64,000 nt of DNA from an uncultured Chthonomonadaceae bacterium (GTDB taxonomy: Bacteria > Armatimonadota > Chthonomonadetes > Chthonomonadales > Chthonomonadaceae). A model generated the notes under the pieces. That model ran no database searches. It was not told where the DNA came from and saw only the letters and a program-made list of their open reading frames with translations. A program made the position numbers and the translations under genes. Positions 42,144 through 51,725 of this stretch are shown here, piece after piece (the first letter of the stretch is position 1; the number at the start of each line of letters is the position of its first letter). Where the stretch lies: positions 1 through 64,000 of the forward strand of contig CAWIEK010000046.1 of NCBI GenBank assembly GCA_963835065.1. The letters run 5' to 3'.

Positions 42144-42167
42144 ACTCAGCAACGTTCAAAGAAGAGG

Positions 42168-42292
42168 CCGTAGGGGCGCAATTTATTGCGCCCTCTCTCG
42201 TTATTGCGCCCTCTCTCGTTATTGCGCCCTCTCTCGTTATTGCGCCCTCTCTGAAGTAGGAACTGCGGGCGCGATAAATCGCTCCCCTACGG
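42168..42292. repeat. GTAG-type REP doublet with four tandem 18 bp internal units
   Basis: CCGTAGGGGCGCAAT...(TTATTGCGCCCTCTCTCG)x4...CCCCTACGG. Confidence 0.8.
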
Positions 42293-42523
42293 TCTCTTAT
42301 TATTGTATTGGTCTTAGATCCGGTACGCGCCAACCTGCAAACATGGTTAAGAACATAGCGAAACCATTCCGCAAACGAACAGGTAATATTTTCAGGAGAC
42401 AGGCATCAGGCGGGGTACGAATTGTCGTTTACACCGAAGTTTTGGGCGAAGCCAGAGCTGTGCCACATTGTATGCTTGCGCTTATCGTCAGGGCGAAATG
42501 TTCTCTCGTTGAAGGAAAAACTC

Positions 42524-43366
42524 ATGTCAGAGGAAGAACTTAAGTCGCAGGAGATAAATAAGGAAAAGCTCATGTCGCCGGTTGAACATCAGGACTGGGA
42601 AAAAGCGTTTAGAATGATTGAGCTAGAGAACAATCTGGCAAATCACCGATTTACGGCGTTGCTCACTGTACAAGGGTTGTTGTTCGCCGCATTTGTTGGG
42701 GGAGTGAAGGTCTTACTTGACCTTGTAAATGCTTCCAGTCCTAAGTCACCTCTAAATCACATTTCTGTGATACTATGTGTGCTTGTCATCGTGTGCTTGG
42801 TAGGAATTGCCTCTGCATATCATGTATTTTTTGGATTAGAGGCAGCCTACCGACAGGTTCAGACAAGCGCTAAGTGGCTTGCGAACATTCAAAAATGTGA
42901 AGACGGCTACAAAAAGAATTGCCCATATCTGCCGATTACTGGCAAGGCGCGAACGGAAGAATACGATGTTAAATACAAATTCGACGAAGAACCTTATATT
43001 AATTCCTTAGAAGTTGGTATGATCCAAGTGCCGTTTCTTCTTAGATCGGTTTGGGTGGTTTTTCTGTTGCTTGTGGATTTTTGGGGCGTTGTGATTCTTT
43101 GCAATTATGGGGGGCTATCCGTAGCTACTTGGGCAATTGTCGCCTGCGCCATTGTGTGCTATCTCATATATTATGCGGTAAAGGAAACGTCACATCCTCG
43201 CGGCGTACTAAAAGCGGCAAGAGAGATTGTTGCCAACTTACCCTGTGATAAGTGTGCGATGTTCAGTTTATATACGGGATTGATAAATCAATTGCCTAGC
43301 AAATATAAACTTATTCACCCAAAAAAAATCCTATTCACTGCCTCTCACAACCCTTACTGCGCCTGA
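42524..43366 (+). CDS. AT-rich multi-TM hypothetical protein, possibly RipA/8xMP-like
   Basis: ENNLANHRFTALLTVQGLLFAAF followed by about 4 TM helices; visibly lower GC than its neighbours. Confidence 0.5.
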   Translation: MSEEELKSQEINKEKLMSPVEHQDWEKAFRMIELENNLANHRFTALLTVQGLLFAAFVGGVKVLLDLVNASSPKSPLNHISVILCVLVIVCLVGIASAYHVFFGLEAAYRQVQTSAKWLANIQKCEDGYKKNCPYLPITGKARTEEYDVKYKFDEEPYINSLEVGMIQVPFLLRSVWVVFLLLVDFWGVVILCNYGGLSVATWAIVACAIVCYLIYYAVKETSHPRGVLKAAREIVANLPCDKCAMFSLYTGLINQLPSKYKLIHPKKILFTASHNPYCA

Positions 43367-43532
43367 ACTACAGCATTTTATTATTGATAACTGTGTTTTA
43401 TTATCCAATCCTCAGAACTGCCTACTAATAAGCCTCGACGAGACCGGAAACGTCCATATTGAATTCATTAAGATCCATGTAACTGGAATTAAAGTTACGC
43501 CTTCATACTTCTGGAAGCGCGCATGTCTGCGC

Positions 43533-44000
43533 TTGAAGGAGGTACGCATCGTGAAAACAACACAAGTAACCCCGGACATGAAGATTCTTGACATCTTGCC
43601 CGGTGAAGCGCCTGCTGTCCTGCTTGGTAAAGAAATCGCTTTCAACGGCGGCAAACGCCTGTTTACGCAAAAAGTAGCCGTAACGGACACTGTCTTATTT
43701 CAACGGCTGTGTAAAGAAGTACATGTTGGCGACACGAAACAGAAGTGTGAGAAAGCACATGTTGGCGACATGATAAAAGCGACGGTTGTCACCGACTGGC
43801 GCAGCGATCACTACACCACGCGCTTAGAGACTTTCGAGAAAATCAGTGTTCCGGTCTCAGTTCCACCGACCCCAAGCGGGGGCACGGACGTTGCACAGCA
43901 TAGCGATACGAGCAGTACTGAGAACCCTCAACCCTCAACTCTCAACCCTCAACCAGAAACACCGGCCTGCACCACGCGCCCGAATGTCCCTTCAAATTGA
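43533..44000 (+). CDS. Hypothetical protein
   Basis: 155 aa ORF with uncertain start and a repeat-derived tail (NPQPSTLNPQP). Confidence 0.4.
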   Translation: MKEVRIVKTTQVTPDMKILDILPGEAPAVLLGKEIAFNGGKRLFTQKVAVTDTVLFQRLCKEVHVGDTKQKCEKAHVGDMIKATVVTDWRSDHYTTRLETFEKISVPVSVPPTPSGGTDVAQHSDTSSTENPQPSTLNPQPETPACTTRPNVPSN

Positions 44001-44601
44001 TGGGCAACGCCATGAACGTTTGCGGCAGGGGCAGGGCGTAGGCTTCGGGCGGAAAGCGCAGTTCTTCCACAATCCAGATACCCTGTCCGAGCAGAATCGT
44101 GTGTACAATTGCATCGTTCTCCTTGTCCCAGCCGCCGATGCCCCAATGGTCAACCCCCAATCCGCGTATCTTGCGTTCGGCCAGCCAATGCGCGGCTTCG
44201 GGCGTCAGTTTGGCCGATTGGTACAGCCATGTATCGGTTCGCTCGCGTATGTCGCCCCATCCCGTCGCCATGAGAACGATGCTGTCGGGCGGAAGCGGGT
44301 CAGGCAAGGCGGCGGACAGGCGTTCGGGCGTAATCCGCGCGAACGGTTCTAAGGGGCGCAGGTCAGCAATAAAGGCCGCGCCGACGAAACTTTCCAGCGG
44401 CAGCATGTCTATGGACGCGCCTCCCGCGATTTTGTGCAGGGGCGCGTCCAAATGGCTGCCCGTGTGGCTGGCAAGCGTCAGGGTTTCCCAATGCCATTCG
44501 GCCCGTTCGTGATCGGAAGAAACTTCCGAACGTACCGGCGGATGGGCAGGACAATTCGGTCCCGCGTCGAAAATAGGCTGTGATAAATCTATAAAGCGCA
44601 T
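43942..44601 (-). CDS. Cyclase family protein (kynurenine formamidase-like)
   Basis: FIDLSQP, SHTGSHLDAPLH, GVD, H and IVE motifs. Confidence 0.88.
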   Translation of the reverse strand: MRFIDLSQPIFDAGPNCPAHPPVRSEVSSDHERAEWHWETLTLASHTGSHLDAPLHKIAGGASIDMLPLESFVGAAFIADLRPLEPFARITPERLSAALPDPLPPDSIVLMATGWGDIRERTDTWLYQSAKLTPEAAHWLAERKIRGLGVDHWGIGGWDKENDAIVHTILLGQGIWIVEELRFPPEAYALPLPQTFMALPINLKGHSGAWCRPVFLVEG

Positions 44602-44630
44602 GGCAGTGGATTCCAATCTCACTTCATCTT

Positions 44631-45194
44631 ATGTCTTCAAAATACACCTTCCACTTCAACGACAACAGCAAAATCGTGCAGGAGCGGCGCGGTGGCGAAT
44701 CGGAACGGCACATCGTTCTCAAATTGCTCGGATACCTGTTATACTATGGGCACGGCGAACAGCGTCCGCAAATCGAAGTGCGCGTTACGAACGACAAGCG
44801 GGATTATCGCCCGGATGTGGTCGCGTTTGACGCTGAAGGTGCGATTACGCTATGGATAGACTGCGGCCAGATCACGCTCCAAAAAGTGGATGATCTAACC
44901 CGGCGCTTGCCACACGCCGCCCTTGTGGTAATCAAAACCACGTGCCGCGAAATGGAAGGCTACGCTTTGCAGGCCGCGAAAAAGGTGAAGCGCAGCGCAA
45001 ACGTTGTGTTTTTGGGCTTCGACCCTGAGTTTGTGCCGGCCCTGATTGGCGGTTTGGGACACAACAACCAATTGCAATGGCAGCGGGATGGCGAACGGTT
45101 GCGCGTAACCCTGAACGGAACCGAGTACGCGACAACCCTATGGCGTTGGGACAGCGAACAAAGCCGCGCCATGCCGGATGTTTCGACTTCGTGA
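44631..45194 (+). CDS. YaeQ family protein
   Basis: ESERHIVLKLLGY, RPD and LWIDCG motifs. Confidence 0.7.
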   Translation: MSSKYTFHFNDNSKIVQERRGGESERHIVLKLLGYLLYYGHGEQRPQIEVRVTNDKRDYRPDVVAFDAEGAITLWIDCGQITLQKVDDLTRRLPHAALVVIKTTCREMEGYALQAAKKVKRSANVVFLGFDPEFVPALIGGLGHNNQLQWQRDGERLRVTLNGTEYATTLWRWDSEQSRAMPDVSTS

Positions 45195-45235
45195 GGCTTC
45201 ATTCCTCTTATTTGGATGTGATTAAGGAACCCTGC

Positions 45236-47506
45236 GTGAACTGGAAAAGCATACGCCTGATTTTGTCAGGAAGCCTTGCATTGAGCATGACGGGCGCGCG
45301 GATTGGCGCGAGTGAAACGGAACGCGCCGCGCTGCTTCAGGACGTGAGCAAACTGATCGCGCCGGGGTGTATTCCCGGTGATTTTGCCGTGTTTGGCGAC
45401 AATGCGTTTGTCGTGCTGACCGGCAGGCAGGGCAAAACGCGCCTGCCCATGCTTGCCGCCACGCGCTACGGAATCGGACGGGCTGCTGCCGTTGGACACG
45501 AAGGTTTTTTCAGCGCGGATGCTCTTGAAAACCCGGACAACGCGCATCTGGCGCGTAATCTGGCGCTGTGGGCGGGGCAAAAGCCGCTTGCCGGATTGCG
45601 CATTGGCCTGCATGATCAAAGCGACGGCCTGCGAAACGCGCTGTCCGCGTTGGGCTGCAAGGTTACGGTGCTTCAAGCCGAAAACCTGCCCGCGAAATTG
45701 AACGCGCTTGACGTGCTGTGGCTCAATCAAACCAGTCTGGAAGGAACGGGTGGACAGGGGAAGGCGGACACCGGGCAGGCAAAAATTAACGCGGTGCGGC
45801 AGTGGGTTCGCGGGGGCGGGGGATTGATTGTGGACGGGCCGGCGTGGGGCTGGCAAATGACGCATCCCGGACTGTTGCTGCCCCGCGACCACAGTGCCAA
45901 CACATTGCTTGCGCCGATGGGGATTGTGTTCGCGCCCGCCATGCTGGACGCCAACAACTCGCAAAACTTCACGCCCGATCCCAACAGCAGTGAACTGACG
46001 CAGGTAAACCGCGCCCTGACCGCGTTGGAACAGGTAGGCGAACGCCGCCGAACCCTGACCGGCCCGGAATTGGAGCAGGTCACGACAACCTTGAGCGAAG
46101 CCGTCAGCGCCCTGCCCGAAACCCAACAGGCGTTGGTGCAGCGCATTGAAACCCTGTGCAGGGACAAAGCCGACAACGCCACTCCCACGCGGGAAACGCC
46201 GATTACCACATCCCTGCCGTTCGCCCGCTTGCAGGCCGTGCTGGACGCGCAAACCTTCCGTCGCCTGCCGCCCGAAAAGGTTACGGCGCATCCGTCCTCG
46301 GCCTCGTTTCCCGGCGCGGTTCCTGCAAATGCCAAACGCGAAACCCGTACCGTCACCCTTGATATGCGGCAGACGGGATGGCATGGCACAGGCCTGTACG
46401 CCGCGCCCGGAGAAGTGATTACCCTGCGAATACCGCAAAACGCCGTGAAGCGCGGCCTGTCCGTGCAGATTGGCGAACATACGGACACACTCTGGAACCT
46501 CCCGAAATGGGAGCGTTTTCCCGAAGTAACGATGCAGCGCCCACTCAATGCCGAAGAAGTTCGGGTTGCCAGTCCGTTCGGCGGCACGATTTTCATAGCC
46601 GCGCCGTTTCGTCCCGCATCCGGCGAAATTGCCGTGACGGTTGCCAACGCCGTTGCCGCGCCCCGCTTTGTGCGTGGCGTGACGAGTTTGACGGAATGGA
46701 AGAACAGCCTGCGCAACGCCCCCGGCCCATGGGCGGAACTTGTCGGCAAACTGGTGGTTCTGTCTGTGCCGTCTTCTGCCGTGCGCGATCTAGACGATCC
46801 CGAAGCATTAATGGCCTATTGGGATGAGATGATGGAGCGCTGCTATGCGTTTTACGCCGCGCCCAAGCGCAACCGCCCCGAACGCTACTGCGTGGACAGG
46901 CAAATCAGCGCGGGCTACATGCACTCCGGCTATCCGATTATGACGGGCGATGATGTGGCGCGTACCTTTTGCGATCTCACTCTCCTGCGCGGCAATGAGG
47001 GTATCAAGTGCTGGGGCTTTTACCATGAAATGGGGCACAATTTCCAGCAGCCGGAATGGACGTGGAGCGCGTTCGGGGAAGTGACCAACAACCTGTTTTC
47101 GCTGTACGGCGCGGAAACGCTTAACGGCGTTAAAATCGGCGCACACCCCGCCATGACGCAGGCCGCAATAGACAAGCGCATACAGGCCGTTGCCACCGAT
47201 CCCGGCAAGGCAAAGTATTACGAGCGCGACCCGTGGTATCCGCTCACGATGTTCTGGCTGCTGCGGCAGGAATTCGGCTGGGAACCGTTCACCAAGCTGT
47301 TCGCGGAGTTTCGCGCTCTGCCGCGCAGCGAACGCCCGCGTACCGAACAGGAAAAGCACGACCAGTTTCTCATCCGCTTTTCCAGCCTGACCGGGCGCAA
47401 TCTAAGCGAGTATCTGGCCGCATGGGGCGTAGAACTATCCCCCAACGCCCGCCAATCCGTCGCCAATTTGCCCACATGGATGCCGCCCGCCATGACCACG
47501 CGCTAA
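45236..47506 (+). CDS. M60 family (enhancin-like) metallopeptidase, exported
   Basis: TGLYAAPGE, PWAEL, MHSGYP, WGFYHEMGHNFQ and GEVTNN motifs. Confidence 0.88.
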   Translation: MNWKSIRLILSGSLALSMTGARIGASETERAALLQDVSKLIAPGCIPGDFAVFGDNAFVVLTGRQGKTRLPMLAATRYGIGRAAAVGHEGFFSADALENPDNAHLARNLALWAGQKPLAGLRIGLHDQSDGLRNALSALGCKVTVLQAENLPAKLNALDVLWLNQTSLEGTGGQGKADTGQAKINAVRQWVRGGGGLIVDGPAWGWQMTHPGLLLPRDHSANTLLAPMGIVFAPAMLDANNSQNFTPDPNSSELTQVNRALTALEQVGERRRTLTGPELEQVTTTLSEAVSALPETQQALVQRIETLCRDKADNATPTRETPITTSLPFARLQAVLDAQTFRRLPPEKVTAHPSSASFPGAVPANAKRETRTVTLDMRQTGWHGTGLYAAPGEVITLRIPQNAVKRGLSVQIGEHTDTLWNLPKWERFPEVTMQRPLNAEEVRVASPFGGTIFIAAPFRPASGEIAVTVANAVAAPRFVRGVTSLTEWKNSLRNAPGPWAELVGKLVVLSVPSSAVRDLDDPEALMAYWDEMMERCYAFYAAPKRNRPERYCVDRQISAGYMHSGYPIMTGDDVARTFCDLTLLRGNEGIKCWGFYHEMGHNFQQPEWTWSAFGEVTNNLFSLYGAETLNGVKIGAHPAMTQAAIDKRIQAVATDPGKAKYYERDPWYPLTMFWLLRQEFGWEPFTKLFAEFRALPRSERPRTEQEKHDQFLIRFSSLTGRNLSEYLAAWGVELSPNARQSVANLPTWMPPAMTTR

Positions 47507-47519
47507 AATTACAGTAACT

Positions 47520-47673
47520 TTTCACCACCAAGACGCCAAGAACACCAAGATAATACAGGCCATTCAAAAGGCTTAGACATGGAAGACAGGTTCGTTCTCT
47601 CCTGCAATTTCACAACGTCTTTCCTCTCGTTCTTCTCGTTCTTCTTGGTGGTCTTGGTGTCTTGGTGGTGAAA
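47520..47673. repeat. Nonamer/octamer-repeat palindromic element
   Basis: TTCACCACCAAGACGCCAAGAACACCAAGA...TCTTGGTGGTCTTGGTGTCTTGGTGGTGAA. Confidence 0.8.
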
Positions 47674-47708
47674 AACTACAAATTACATTACGAAGGGCAG
47701 TACGTATC

Positions 47709-48722
47709 ATGCGTTTAGTTCAAATACAACACGCTGCACAGGGACGACGGATTGCGCAAGTAGAAGACAATCAACTGCGCCTGCTCAATGACTATGCTTC
47801 CCTGTACGCCTGCGCCCTGGCCGCGCTAAGTCAGAAGGAACGGCTTGTCACTGTTATCGAGCGCGTCGTTACCGGGGAAGCCGTTAATTACGACGCGGTT
47901 TACGCCGGACAATCGGAATGGAAACTGCTGCCCGCGTTCGATCACCCCGAAGAACCCGCCCGCTGCCTCGTCAGCGGCACAGGACTGACGCACCGCAAAA
48001 GCGCCGACAACCGCAACCGGATGCACCAATCGGAAACCGCGCAGGCCGCGCCCGTCACCGACAGTATGCGGATATACGAATGGGGATTGCAGGGCGGGCG
48101 TCCCGCGCCAGGTGAAATCGGCGCGCAGCCCGAATGGTTTTACAAAGGCAACGGCGCAATTTTGCGGGCGCATGGCGAACCATTGGACGTGCCCCCGTTT
48201 GCCGATGATGGCGGCGAGGAAGCCGAAATTGCCGGGTTGTACATTGTGGACGCGCAAGAAACGCCCCGGCGCATCGGCTTTGCGCAGGGCAACGAGTTTT
48301 CCGATCACGAAATGGAATCCAAAAACTACCTGTACCTCGCGCCCTCCAAACTGCGAACCTGCGCGCTCGGCCCGGAAGCCGTGATTGGGGAAGCATTTGA
48401 CGATGCGCGCGGTACGGCAAGCCTGCTCCGCGATAAAGAAACCTTGTGGTCCCAAAACATTGCCAGCGGCGACGCCAACATGGTGCATACCCTCGCCAAC
48501 CTGGAGCATCACCATTTCAAATACGACGCGCACCGCCGCCCCGGCGACGCGCACGTTCACTTTTTCGGCACGGGCGGCTTCAGTTTCGGCAGCGGCATCC
48601 GGCTGGAAAATGGCGATGACATGGTGGTAACGTTTGAAGGCTATGGCCGCCCCCTCCGCAACCCAATTCACATTGCTTCCAAACCGGCAACATTGCTTTC
48701 CATTCAATCAACTATAACCTGA
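47709..48722 (+). CDS. AraD1/GguC-like fumarylacetoacetate hydrolase family protein
   Basis: SGTGLTH, QPEWFYKGNG, GNEFSDH, NYLYLAPSKLR and LEHHHFKY motifs. Confidence 0.8.
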   Translation: MRLVQIQHAAQGRRIAQVEDNQLRLLNDYASLYACALAALSQKERLVTVIERVVTGEAVNYDAVYAGQSEWKLLPAFDHPEEPARCLVSGTGLTHRKSADNRNRMHQSETAQAAPVTDSMRIYEWGLQGGRPAPGEIGAQPEWFYKGNGAILRAHGEPLDVPPFADDGGEEAEIAGLYIVDAQETPRRIGFAQGNEFSDHEMESKNYLYLAPSKLRTCALGPEAVIGEAFDDARGTASLLRDKETLWSQNIASGDANMVHTLANLEHHHFKYDAHRRPGDAHVHFFGTGGFSFGSGIRLENGDDMVVTFEGYGRPLRNPIHIASKPATLLSIQSTIT

Positions 48723-48732
48723 ATTACAAACC

Positions 48733-48933
48733 TCACCGCCCACTGCCAATATTTTGCCATCGCTTGTTCCACATCCTGTGCCATGCAGGTTCGGCAAAAC
48801 GGTACGCGCCAATCAGGTAAAGCAGGAAGATCAGCCCTGCGATTGCGGCCACAATCCAAAACGCGCGCTCACCATTCATAACGCGGCTGCTTACAACGTT
48901 CGGCGGCTCCTGTTCCTGCGATTCCGGCTTCAT
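48733..48933 (-). CDS. Small single-TM hypothetical protein
   Basis: MKPESQEQ...FWIVAAIAGLIFLLYLIG with a purine-rich RBS. Confidence 0.45.
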   Translation of the reverse strand: MKPESQEQEPPNVVSSRVMNGERAFWIVAAIAGLIFLLYLIGAYRFAEPAWHRMWNKRWQNIGSGR

Positions 48934-48965
48934 TTGCTTGGGGTTCCCTTCCTGCCTTCCGACTA

Positions 48966-49175
48966 TCAAATCTTGCGCAGAAACAGGTAGTAAGCGCCCG
49001 CGCATACCAGCAGCAAGCCCGTCAATAGGCCTGCGGATTGCCCTTGTTGATAGGTTTGCGTGGCTGCAGGCAGGCTGTTTCCAAACACACTGCGCAGCAG
49101 CAGCAAACTGCCCCATATCAGCGCGGCCCAAGCCATTATACGCCGACTCTTCGATCCTTTGGGTTCGTCCATCAT
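48966..49175 (-). CDS. Small two-TM hypothetical protein
   Basis: GAAGGAG RBS and two hydrophobic helices. Confidence 0.5.
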   Translation of the reverse strand: MMDEPKGSKSRRIMAWAALIWGSLLLLRSVFGNSLPAATQTYQQGQSAGLLTGLLLVCAGAYYLFLRKI

Positions 49176-49244
49176 TCGTCTCCTTCCATCTTACTTCCTA
49201 CAGAAAAATAAACAAAAATAAAACGTCAGCCAACGCAAAAAAGC

Positions 49245-49273
49245 GAACCTTTTGCCCCACACATCCTGTCTAA
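49245..49273 (+). promoter_or_regulatory. Putative ECF-sigma promoter, copy 2
   Basis: GAACCT-N17-GTCTAA preceded by an A-rich tract. Confidence 0.55.
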
Positions 49274-49373
49274 TAGTAGTATAATGTCTGCTATACAGAC
49301 AAGAAGGCTGAACGTTGGCAGTTCCTCTCAACTCTCAACCTAACAACTAACAACCTAAAACCCTAAAACCCTA

Positions 49374-49531
49374 ACCCAGAAGGGAGGCGCAAGAAGATGC
49401 CTGTCCACACCCGCCCGCCCTGACGCTGCTGAGGTCACGACGCCTCTCTCCTACAACTTGACACAACGAGACATCGGGCTGGAAGCGCTGCATTGCCAAG
49501 ATTTCGACGATGCCTCTACATACTCTTTTTT
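49374..49531 (+). ncRNA. Conserved micro-ORF + RNA element, copy 2 (peptide MPVHTRPP at 49397-49423)
   Basis: Paralog of 24345-24508. Standalone, because the flanking genes are on the opposite strand. Confidence 0.6.
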
Positions 49532-49578
49532 CTACCTAACCGTTTCCCAACGTTTGCAGGACTTTCCACTGCCAGAGG

Positions 49579-51636
49579 TCAGGCTTCTTGCGGTTGAGAC
49601 GGCGCGCTGTTTTGAATCGCGGACAGCATCACTTCGGCTACGTCAAGAACGGGCGGAGCAGACTCGCCTGCTACTTGCGCAAGACTGTCGCCTACCATCA
49701 CTTTGCAGAACGGGCAGCCTACCGCAACCGTTTTCGCGCCCGTCGCTACAATCTCTTCCGCGCGGTTTTTGCCGGGGCGTTGATTGGCCGGTTCTTCCAT
49801 CCACATCCGCCCGCCGCCCGCGCCGCAGCAGAAGGTTTTGCTTTCCCGCCGTTCCAATTCTACAAGCGGGATTACGGACGCGCCATTGAGAAGTTTGCGC
49901 GGCGCGGCAGTTTCGCCGTTCACGCGCGCCAGAAAGCACGGATCGTGGTATGTTACCGTATCCTCATAGGCTGCGGGCAGTTTCAATTTCCCGGCTTCAA
50001 CCAACGCCTGCAAATACTGCGTGTGGTGCATCACATCGTAATTGCCGCCGAACTGCGGGTACTCGTTTTTAAGTGTGTGGAAGCAATGCGGGCAGGAAGT
50101 GACCACCTGTTTTGCCCCAATGCCGTCTAGCGTGGCGATGTTAGCTTCGGCAAGCTGCTGAAACAAGAACTCGTCGCCCGTCCGCCGCGCCGGGTCGCCG
50201 GTACAGCGCTCTTTCGGGCCAAGTATCGTAAATTTGACGCCCGCCTGCTGCAACAATTGTGCCAAAGCGCGTATTGTTTTCTGCGCCCGCGCATCAAACG
50301 CGCCCGCGCAGCCCACCCACAACAACACTTCGCGCTCGTCCGCAGCCGACGCCGTTTGCACATCAAGATTTTTCGCCCAATCCAAACGCTGCGACGCGGG
50401 CAATCCCCACGGGTTTTCCCTGCTGCCCAACTGCCGCAGCATGGTTGCCGCGCTGCCGGACAAGCGCCCTTCCGCCACCCGGAACCGCCGGATGCCGTCC
50501 AGAATATCCACGTGCCGAATCAGCGCGGGACATTCGCGGACACAGGCGTGGCAATTGGTACAGGCCCACAAGGATTCATCGGAGATTATGTCCGTAGACG
50601 GGCTATTGACAACCGAAACGCCCTCCGCCTGCGCCTGCGCGTCGGCTTCCAGCGCTTGCGGCGACTTTTCGCCCATCATGCGGCGCAAATCCAGCACCAC
50701 TTGCTTCGGATTGAGTTCCTTGCCGACGGCGTTTGCGGGGCATACATCGGTACACCGCCCGCACTCCATGCAGGCATCCAAACTCATCAATTGCCATCTG
50801 TCCATATCGGCAATCGCGCCCAAGCCGATACGCCCGGTTTCCTCCACCTGCGCCATTGCTACGGGTTCCAGTACGCCCATCGGACGCTCCGGCTGAAACG
50901 CGATGCTCAGGGGCGCGACAAACAGATGCAGCCAGCGTCCATACGGCAGCGCGGCAATCACGCCCAAAACAAGCGGCGCGTGAAGCCACCACAGCAGGGC
51001 ATAGTTCGTCGGCGACAACCAATGCAGCGCGTGGTAAGAACGGGCAAACACAGCGCCGACAGGAGAAAAGGCCATATAGGGAGCGCGAGTCGGGTCGGCT
51101 TCCAGTCCCGCGCCTTCCAGCATAAAACCGCTGACAGTTGCGGCCAGCAGCAAGGCCAGAAAAGCGTCGTCCTTCCAAGAGTGGTTCAGGTTGGGAGAAT
51201 GCGGACTGTGCCGCCGAACCAATGCCATCACGGTTCCCACAATCAGCCCCAACCCGAAAACATCCATACTCAACTTGCACAGCAGATAAAACCAGCCCCG
51301 GTACAGCCAGTGTTCGCCAAAAACAAATGCGCCATAGTGTTCAAGGCTGACGATATTCGTGCCGATGAACAATACCAACATGCCAAAAAAGATCAGGGCG
51401 TGAAACCAGCCCGCCACCTTGCGCCGCCGCGTCCGCCGGTGCGCAACCGCTTGGTCAAACAAGGTTCGCAGGCGTCCGGGCCAGTCCTGCATTTTGGGAA
51501 CCGGCTGTCCCTGCCGCCACAAAATCACCCGCCGCAAAACGCCCCACGCGCAAACCGCCAGCGCAATCACCGCCAGCGCGTAAAACGCGATTTGCTGCGC
51601 CCCCGAAATATGAAAAAAGATCGTTCGTGTTGCCAT
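49579..51636 (-). CDS. Membrane Fe-S oxidoreductase (FadF/HdrD-GlpC type)
   Basis: TM domain, two CxxCxxCxxxCP motifs, and CCG domains (YHDPC, CCGAGGG). Confidence 0.9.
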   Translation of the reverse strand: MATRTIFFHISGAQQIAFYALAVIALAVCAWGVLRRVILWRQGQPVPKMQDWPGRLRTLFDQAVAHRRTRRRKVAGWFHALIFFGMLVLFIGTNIVSLEHYGAFVFGEHWLYRGWFYLLCKLSMDVFGLGLIVGTVMALVRRHSPHSPNLNHSWKDDAFLALLLAATVSGFMLEGAGLEADPTRAPYMAFSPVGAVFARSYHALHWLSPTNYALLWWLHAPLVLGVIAALPYGRWLHLFVAPLSIAFQPERPMGVLEPVAMAQVEETGRIGLGAIADMDRWQLMSLDACMECGRCTDVCPANAVGKELNPKQVVLDLRRMMGEKSPQALEADAQAQAEGVSVVNSPSTDIISDESLWACTNCHACVRECPALIRHVDILDGIRRFRVAEGRLSGSAATMLRQLGSRENPWGLPASQRLDWAKNLDVQTASAADEREVLLWVGCAGAFDARAQKTIRALAQLLQQAGVKFTILGPKERCTGDPARRTGDEFLFQQLAEANIATLDGIGAKQVVTSCPHCFHTLKNEYPQFGGNYDVMHHTQYLQALVEAGKLKLPAAYEDTVTYHDPCFLARVNGETAAPRKLLNGASVIPLVELERRESKTFCCGAGGGRMWMEEPANQRPGKNRAEEIVATGAKTVAVGCPFCKVMVGDSLAQVAGESAPPVLDVAEVMLSAIQNSAPSQPQEA

Positions 51637-51645
51637 AGCAGATGT

Positions 51646-51720
51646 AGGTGTCAGGTATCAGGTATCAGGTATCAGATTGGTAGCTTGTGGCTGACACCTG
51701 ACACCTGACACCTGAAACCT
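51646..51720. repeat. Inverted heptamer-repeat hairpin inside the etf operon
   Basis: (TCAGGTA)n...(CTGACAC)n. Confidence 0.8.
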
Positions 51721-51725
51721 GCATT

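Noticed and set aside
42183..42252. Four 18 bp direct repeats as a CRISPR array
   Set aside because: The repeats are contiguous with no spacers, lie inside a REP doublet, and no cas genes are present in the window.
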